From: Chthoniobacteraceae bacterium
Lineage (GTDB): Bacteria > Verrucomicrobiota > Verrucomicrobiia > Chthoniobacterales > Chthoniobacteraceae
Assembly: GCA_031409335.1 (NCBI GenBank)
Contig: JANNWY010000037.1
Location: 1 to 59,637, forward strand
Reading direction: 5' to 3'
DNA: 59,637 nucleotides
Below are positions 53,603-59,637 of the stretch, one piece after another. Under the pieces are notes generated by a model that did no database searches, was not told the DNA's origin, and saw only the letters and a program-made list of their open reading frames with translations. Made by a program: the position numbers and the translations under genes. How positions within the stretch are numbered: the first letter of the stretch is position 1; each line of letters starts with the position of its first letter.

Positions 53603-54200
53603 CCTCGCCACACCCATTGCCGCGCTCGTCGCGGGGCTCGCGACCAGCGTCCATTGCACGGCGATGTGCGGGCCGCTGGCTTGCGCGATGAAAGTGCGGC
53701 CGGTCGAATATCACGCGTCGCGTTTCATCTCATACTCGATCGCCGGAGCGCTCTGCGGCGCGGCGGGCCAGAGCGTCGCCGCGCTGCTCCAGGGCAGCAC
53801 CGCGCGCATCGTTCCGTGGGCGTTCGCCGTCGTGCTCATCGTGCTCGGTTTTGGGTTGGAGAAGAGAATCCCGCAGCCGCGGTTCATGGCCGCATTTCTT
53901 TTCCGCGTGCGGCTGAATCGCTCGCTCGGCTGGCTCACACCGTTGCTGCCGTGCGGCCCCCTCTGGCTCATGCTTGGCGCGGCGGCGATCACCGGCACGT
54001 GGATGAGCGGCGCGCTGCACATGGCCAGCTTCGCGCTTGGCACGATCCCACTTCCACTGCTCGCGCAGGCGCAGGCGGCGCGCGTGCAGGCGCGCTTTTC
54101 GCCGACGATGCTGCTGCGCTCGCAGCGGGCGTTAGCCTTCGCCTCCGCTGCGCTGCTCATCTGGCGCGCCGCACTCCCGCTCCATGCAAGCTGCCACTGA
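53592..54200 (+). CDS. DsbD_2 / TauE-SafE-like membrane protein of cco clusters
   Basis: SVHCTAMCGPL, YHASRFISY, LLPCGPL, MASFALGTIP. Confidence 0.85.
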   Translation: MDASLATPIAALVAGLATSVHCTAMCGPLACAMKVRPVEYHASRFISYSIAGALCGAAGQSVAALLQGSTARIVPWAFAVVLIVLGFGLEKRIPQPRFMAAFLFRVRLNRSLGWLTPLLPCGPLWLMLGAAAITGTWMSGALHMASFALGTIPLPLLAQAQAARVQARFSPTMLLRSQRALAFASAALLIWRAALPLHASCH

Positions 54201-56577
54201 GGATAACATCCGTCCCATCGGTCCCATGCGTCCCAAGCCTTATGGGACCGATGGGACGAATGGGACCAATGTCCGCTGCATCCACTGCGGCACGCCGTTT
54301 CGCCCGAGCGCGCACCGCCCGGATTTCTGCTGCGCGGGCTGCCAGTTCGTCCACGCGCTGATCGCGAAACACGGCCTCGGCCAGTTCTACGATTTGCAGG
54401 AAGGCGGCGTGCCGCCGGTGCCATCGCTCGTCTTCCAAAAGCGCGACTACGCATGGCTCGAAGATCTTGCGCGCGATTCCGCCGGGGCGCTCACGCTCGA
54501 CGTGCAGGGCCTCTCCTGCATCGGCTGCGCGTGGCTCATCGAGAAACTCTTCACGCGCCAGCCCGGCGCGCTCGCCATCCACGTCGATCCCACGCTCGGC
54601 CGGCTCGCGCTCCGCTGGCAGCCCGGCGTCTTCGATGTCGTCGCGTTAGCGCGCGAGCTGCAAACCTTTGGCTACCTCGTCGGCCCACCCGGCCAGACCT
54701 CCGCGCCGGCCAGCCGCGCGCTGAATCTCCGCCTCGGCCTCTGCGCCGCGCTCGCGATGAACACGATGCTCTTCACCCTGCCGCGCTATCTCGGCATGGC
54801 AGGCGACTTCCAGTTCGCGCCCCTTTTTCAAAGGCTCGCGCTCATCCTCGGCACGGCCAGTTTCCTCATCGGCGGCAGCTATTTCTTCGTCCGCTCGTGG
54901 CGCAGCCTGCACCAGCGCGTCCTGCACATCGACCTCCCGATCTCGCTTGGCCTCATCGCTGCATACACTGGCTCCGTCTTCGCATGGACGCGCGGCGCGG
55001 ATGGCTTCGTCTATTTCGATTTCGTCGCGACGTTCACCTTCCTCATGCTCGCCGGACGCTGGCTCCAGCAGAAGGTCGTCGAGCGCAACCGTCATCAACT
55101 TCTCTCCGCGCAAGCCGCGCCGCCGCCGGTGCGCGATGCCGCCTCCGGCGAAAGGCTCGATGTCACCGCGATCAGCACTGGCACAGCATTCAGAGTCGAT
55201 CCCGGCCAGACGGTGCCGGTCCTTTCACGGCTGAATTCCGCCGCCGCCACGCTCGGCCTCGAGTGGATCAGCGGTGAAAGCGAGACCGCCACCGCGCAGC
55301 GCGGACGCCTCGTGCAAGCTGGTGCCGTGAACTGCGGCCAGCACGCGATCGCGCTCGAAGCGCTCGAACCGTGGAGCGATTCGCTGCTCGCGAAACTCCT
55401 CCGCATCACGCCCGGTACCGCGCCGCGGAATCCCGCGCTCGAACGTTTCCTGCGCGGTTACATCTTCGTCGTGCTCGCGCTCGCGGCGCTCGGCTTTGCC
55501 GGGTGGTGGGCCGCGACGGGTGCGCTGCTCCCTTCCCTGCAAGTGCTCATCTCCGTCCTCGTCGTCTCGTGCCCGTGCGCGTCCGGCGTCGCGCTTCCGC
55601 TCGCCAGCGATCTCGCCGCATCACGGCTGCGCCGGCTCGGCGTCTTCATCCGCAACTCCGATCTCTGGGCAAAGCTCGACCGCGTCCGCAGCGTGATCTT
55701 CGACAAAACCGGCACGCTCACCCTCGAAACCATTTCGCTGAAAAATCCCGAGGCCGCGCGCAATCTCGCCGTCGAAGAACGCCGCGTCCTGCTCGCGCTG
55801 GTCCACGACAGCCTGCATCCCGTGAGCGGATGTCTGCGCGAACAATTGCTCGCCGATGGCGTCCAGCTCGCGACGACATCGCGCCCGCACGAAATCATCG
55901 GCTTTGGCCTGGAGCTGCACCATGCGGGTTCGGTCTGGCGGCTCGGTCGTCCCGAGTGGAGCGGCGCGGACCGCGCGGGCGAATGCGCCTTCACCCGCGA
56001 CGGCGAAACGCTCGCGAGCTTCCGCTTCGGCGAAGAGGCCCGCGCCGATGCCATCGAGGAAGTCCGCGCGCTCGAAGCTGGCGGCTGCCGCGTTTTCATC
56101 CTCAGCGGGGATCGCACCGCCAAAGTCGCGAACATGGCCGCGCATCTCAGCCTCCCGCCGGAACAATGCCGCGGCGAAATGTCGCCCGAGCAGAAAGCCG
56201 AATGGGTCGAGCGTTTCGACGCGCACGACACGCTCTACATCGGCGACGGCGCGAACGACTCGCTCGCCTTCGACGCCGCCTGGTGCAGCGGCACGCCCGC
56301 CATCGACCGCGGATTGCTGGAGCAAAAAGCCGACTTTTACTTCCTCGGCCGCGGCCTCGGCGGCGTCCGCGCCCTGCTGCAAACCGCCGCCGCGCGCCGT
56401 CGCATCTCGCGCGCCGTGGTCGCATTCGCGATCACCTACAACGCCGTCGCCATCGCCCTTTCCCTCGCGGGAAAAATGAACCCGCTCCTCGCCGCCGTGC
56501 TCATGCCCGCCAGCTCACTCGTCTCGCTGGCGATCGTAGTCATCGGGCTCCGCGCCACGGGGCGGCAGGCGGTGTAA
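54184..56577 (+). CDS. ccoI: CcoI/FixI heavy-metal P-type ATPase
   Basis: CIHCG..FCCAGC, HMA-like LSCIGCAWLIE, YFD, SGES, SCPCA, DKTGTLT, GDGAND, YN, LMPASSL. Confidence 0.9.
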   Translation: MQAATEDNIRPIGPMRPKPYGTDGTNGTNVRCIHCGTPFRPSAHRPDFCCAGCQFVHALIAKHGLGQFYDLQEGGVPPVPSLVFQKRDYAWLEDLARDSAGALTLDVQGLSCIGCAWLIEKLFTRQPGALAIHVDPTLGRLALRWQPGVFDVVALARELQTFGYLVGPPGQTSAPASRALNLRLGLCAALAMNTMLFTLPRYLGMAGDFQFAPLFQRLALILGTASFLIGGSYFFVRSWRSLHQRVLHIDLPISLGLIAAYTGSVFAWTRGADGFVYFDFVATFTFLMLAGRWLQQKVVERNRHQLLSAQAAPPPVRDAASGERLDVTAISTGTAFRVDPGQTVPVLSRLNSAAATLGLEWISGESETATAQRGRLVQAGAVNCGQHAIALEALEPWSDSLLAKLLRITPGTAPRNPALERFLRGYIFVVLALAALGFAGWWAATGALLPSLQVLISVLVVSCPCASGVALPLASDLAASRLRRLGVFIRNSDLWAKLDRVRSVIFDKTGTLTLETISLKNPEAARNLAVEERRVLLALVHDSLHPVSGCLREQLLADGVQLATTSRPHEIIGFGLELHHAGSVWRLGRPEWSGADRAGECAFTRDGETLASFRFGEEARADAIEEVRALEAGGCRVFILSGDRTAKVANMAAHLSLPPEQCRGEMSPEQKAEWVERFDAHDTLYIGDGANDSLAFDAAWCSGTPAIDRGLLEQKADFYFLGRGLGGVRALLQTAAARRRISRAVVAFAITYNAVAIALSLAGKMNPLLAAVLMPASSLVSLAIVVIGLRATGRQAV
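54212..54268. repeat. Nonamer-unit palindromic element inside the 5' end of ccoI
   Basis: GTCCCATCG GTCCCATGC GTCCCAAG cctt ATGGGACCG ATGGGACGA ATGGGACC. Confidence 0.8.
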
Positions 56578-56645
56578 ATACTGCGAGACCGACGGCACGG
56601 GCGGCCCTTGCCAACCCTGCGCACCACGTCTATGCAAGCGACCCG

Positions 56646-57785
56646 ATGTTTTTCCTCACGCCCCGTCACGTCAAATATGGCCGCGAATTTGCCAAGGACG
56701 CGCTCAAACTTCTCGCATAAAAACGCGACCGGCTTAGTGACGCGACCATCTCGGTTTTGGTGGGGTGAATTAAAAAACTTGCAACGGCGGTAGCCTCGCG
56801 CGAGGAACGCGCGATCGAGGAAGCCGCGGGCGCACTGGACAAACAGTGCTCCGGTTTCGTGAAGCCGCCCAAGGACGCGGGGCTGCGGGAAAACTGCGAA
56901 GTGTTCCTCGTGGCGATCGTCGTCGCGCTCGGCGTGCGCACGTATTTTTTGCAGCCGTTCACGATTCCCACCGGCTCGATGTTCCCGACGCTGAACGGCA
57001 TCATCGGCGTCAAGACCGACGAGCCGCCGCCGAACATCGTGACGCGGATCGCGCACTTCGCGTGGCACGGGCGGACGTATGTCAATGTGGTCGCGAAAAC
57101 GGACGACGTGATCACTGACATTCGCGAGGTGAAATCGCTGCCGTTTCTGAATACGAAATTCGGCTTCATGTCGCGCACCGAGATCGTCGGAAAGCGCAGC
57201 AGCTACGTGGTGGATTGTCCGCTCGACACGCTGATGCGCGATGTGATCCGGCCCGTGCGGGAGTTCAAAGCAGGGGATGTGATCGCGCGCGGATATTACA
57301 ACACGGGAGATCACGTCTTCGTGGACAAGATGAGCTATCACTTTCGCAAACCGAAAGGCGGCGAGGTGTTTGTTTTCAACACGCAGAAAATCCAGACCAA
57401 CGAAAACAAGGGGAAACCGGACAACTGGCCATCGCAGTTTTACATCAAGCGCCTCGTCGGCACGCCCGGCGACACGCTGCAAATCAAGCAGCCGGAATTG
57501 TTCGTGAACGGCAAACGCGCGGAAGGCCACGGCTTCGATCGCGTGATGTCGCTGAAGGACGGATACCGCGGCTATTGCAATGGGTTTCAGTTCGCGAGTT
57601 TCAAATATCTGCTGAAGCCGGAGGACACGCTGACGCTGGGAACGGCGGAGTATTTCGCGATGGGCGACAACAGCTATCACAGCTCGGACAGCCGCGATTG
57701 GGGGACGGTGCCGCAGCAAAATATCATGGGGCGCGGGGTGTTCGTTTACTGGCCATTTACTCCGCATTTCGGGCTGATCCGGTAG
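56646..57785 (+). CDS. lepB: Signal peptidase I; N-terminal extension interrupted by in-frame TAA (56718) and TGA (56766)
   Basis: FTIPTGSMFPTL (Ser), YIKRLVG (Lys), GDNSYHSSDSR.WG. ATG 56646 (MFFLTPRHVKYG) is in the same frame as the intact 56859..57785 core. Confidence 0.9.
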
Positions 57786-57791
57786 CGAAAA

Positions 57792-57857
57792 CGTAAGGCG
57801 GACACTCCTGTCCGCAGTGTTTCCGAAGAGACTGCGGACGGGAGTGTCCGCCTTACG
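57792..57857. repeat. REPIN-like inverted repeat
   Basis: 27-nt arms 57792-57818 / 57831-57857 (26/27); each arm is itself a hairpin GCGGAC-actcct-GTCCGC. Confidence 0.85.
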
Positions 57858-57931
57858 ACGGAAATACTCTTTGCCCCGCCATCACCGTTTCCCTACTCTT
57901 TTCGGCACTTCCAAAACGCGGACCTATTCCT

Positions 57932-58897
57932 ATGAGCACTCTCAGCCAACTCGACCAACTCAAGCAATTCACCAAAGTCGTCGCCGACACCGGCGATTTC
58001 GAGGCGATGAAGGAATTCAAGCCGCAGGATGCGACGACGAATCCATCGCTCATCCTCGCCGCGGCGACCAAGCCGCAGTACGAACACATCGTCAACGAAG
58101 TCGTCGCGAAGCGGAAAGGCAGCGGGCTCACCGGCGGCAAGCAGATCGAGGACATCATCGACCATGTGCTCGTCGCGTTTGGGTTGGAAATTCTCAGCAT
58201 CGTCCCCGGTCGCGTCTCCACCGAGACGGACGCGCGCCTTTCCTTCGACACCGCGGGCTCGATCGCAAAAGGCCGCCAGCTCATCGAGCTGTATAAAGCC
58301 GCCGGCATTCCTAAGGAGCGCATCCTGATCAAAATCGCATCCACGTGGGAAGGCATCCGCGCCGCGGAGGTGCTGGAAAAGGAAGGCATCCACTGCAATC
58401 TCACGCTGCTCTTTTCGTTGCCGCAGGCGATCGCTTGCGCCGAGGCGGGCGCGCAACTCATCTCGCCGTTCGTGGGCCGCATTTACGATTGGTATAAAGC
58501 GACGAACAAACGCGATTACACCGGTCCCGAAGACCCCGGCGTGCAATCCGTCGCGACCGTCTTCAACTACTACAAGAAGTTCGGCCACAAGACCGAGGTC
58601 ATGGGTGCGAGCTTTCGCAACGTCTCGCAAATCGTCGAACTCGCCGGCTGCGACCTGCTCACGATCAGCCCCGATCTGCTCGCAAAACTGGCGGCTTCCA
58701 CCGAGCCGGTCACGAAGAAGCTCGACGCCGACGCCGCGAAAAACTCGGACATTCAAAAAATCGCGATGGACGAAAAATCGTTCCGCTTCCTCGTCAACGA
58801 AGACGCGATGGCGACGGAGAAAACCGCGGAAGGCATCCGCAAATTCTCCGCGGACATCGTGAAGCTGGAGAAAGTCATCGCCGGGAAACTTGCCTAG
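57932..58897 (+). CDS. tal: Transaldolase
   Basis: [57 protein letters not shown]. Confidence 0.98.
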   Translation: MSTLSQLDQLKQFTKVVADTGDFEAMKEFKPQDATTNPSLILAAATKPQYEHIVNEVVAKRKGSGLTGGKQIEDIIDHVLVAFGLEILSIVPGRVSTETDARLSFDTAGSIAKGRQLIELYKAAGIPKERILIKIASTWEGIRAAEVLEKEGIHCNLTLLFSLPQAIACAEAGAQLISPFVGRIYDWYKATNKRDYTGPEDPGVQSVATVFNYYKKFGHKTEVMGASFRNVSQIVELAGCDLLTISPDLLAKLAASTEPVTKKLDADAAKNSDIQKIAMDEKSFRFLVNEDAMATEKTAEGIRKFSADIVKLEKVIAGKLA

Positions 58898-58903
58898 TTA
58901 TTT

Positions 58904-59491
58904 ATGATCGCCGCCGTCCTGCTCGTCACCATCGCCATCGTTTACCGCATCGTCATCGGCGTTGCCGGCATGAATCAAATGGAATGGCTGCACAACTTCT
59001 CGCCCATGGCAGCGATCGCGTTGTGCGGGGCCATCTACTTTCCGCGGAAGATCGCGATCCTCGCGCCGCTTGCCGCGTTCTTCGTGTCGGATCTCGTCCT
59101 GAACGCATACTACCTTTCAACGCCGCACGTTCAGTCGCTCGTCAGCGTGAGGATGATCCCCGAATACCTCGCGCTCGGCCTCGTCGCGGCGCTCGGTTGG
59201 AAGCTGCGAGCACGGCCAAAAGCGGCGCTGATCCTCGGCGCGAGCGTGCTGGGTTCGATCGCGTTTTACGTCATCACGAATACTGGCGACTGGCTCACCG
59301 AACCGCTCTACGCCAAGACCCTCGCTGGCTGGGCGCAGGCGCTCACGACCGGCCTGCCCGGCTATCCGCCGACCTTCACGTTCTTTCGCAACACCTTCGC
59401 CAGCGACATTCTTTTCACCTCGATCTTCGTCGCCTGCATGTCGTGGCAACGCGCCAGCGCGCCGGAACAAATCGCGGCAGCGGTGCGGTAA
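58904..59491 (+). CDS. DUF6580-like putative membrane transport protein
   Basis: Multi-TM 195 aa with NFSPMAAIALCGA, FVSD, FYVITN..W, GLP...FFRNT..SD motifs. Confidence 0.65.
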   Translation: MIAAVLLVTIAIVYRIVIGVAGMNQMEWLHNFSPMAAIALCGAIYFPRKIAILAPLAAFFVSDLVLNAYYLSTPHVQSLVSVRMIPEYLALGLVAALGWKLRARPKAALILGASVLGSIAFYVITNTGDWLTEPLYAKTLAGWAQALTTGLPGYPPTFTFFRNTFASDILFTSIFVACMSWQRASAPEQIAAAVR

Positions 59492-59637
59492 CGCGCCGTG
59501 GCTTGCCGCTCCAGCGGCGAGTGGGGCAGGCGGCGGGGCGGGTTCTCCTCCCGGCACCTTTCCCACACCCCCCGGGTGCGGCAAGCCACGGCGCGGTACC
59601 GCACCGCTGCCGCGATGTGTTCCGGCGCGCGGGCGCG
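59450..59637. repeat. Long inverted repeat (60-nt arms) overlapping the end of the last CDS
   Basis: 59450-59509 versus the reverse complement of 59578-59637 is 57/60 identical; may extend beyond the window. Confidence 0.88.

Noticed and set aside
50038..56768. Alternative genetic code (TGA=Trp) or selenocysteine to explain internal stops
   Set aside because: TGA terminates many genes here with ATGA overlaps, Trp is encoded by TGG throughout, one lesion is TAA, and the ccoN site is a Trp rather than a Cys position.

Overview
GC-rich bacterial chromosomal segment, most consistent with Verrucomicrobiota, probably Chthoniobacterales-like. This is an inference from the PEP-CTERM plus autotransporter-repeat giants, an LEPR-XLL-type FG-GAP protein, a fused ccoNO and SD-less C/A-rich leaders. 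Gene order: clpX(partial)-clpP-tig (minus); an lptD-like gene; three tandem giant PEP-CTERM surface proteins (~2835, 3343, 1398 aa); purA; a translationally coupled four-gene cassette; a Uma2-like remnant; uppS; a TIGR03032 protein; a ~2650 aa FG-GAP/RTX protein; a PocR-AraC regulator; a cbb3 oxidase operon; lepB; tal; a DUF6580-like membrane protein. The four-gene cassette is a Shango-like antiphage trio (TerB-domain protein, DUF2791-type ATPase, Lhr-like helicase) followed by a 6TM voltage-gated K+ channel. It is the best candidate for an undescribed system: its TerB protein appears to carry an Mrr-associated N-terminal region instead of the usual TerB_N, and the channel overlaps the helicase stop. 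The first two giant genes share a homologous promoter/5'UTR/leader block that appears constrained at nucleotide level. Several REP/REPIN-like inverted repeats are present, two overlapping coding sequence. Four genes carry frame lesions, several at homopolymers, so assembly error must be excluded first. No rRNA, tRNA, CRISPR array, integrase or transposase was seen. Family assignments are from motif recognition, not database searches.
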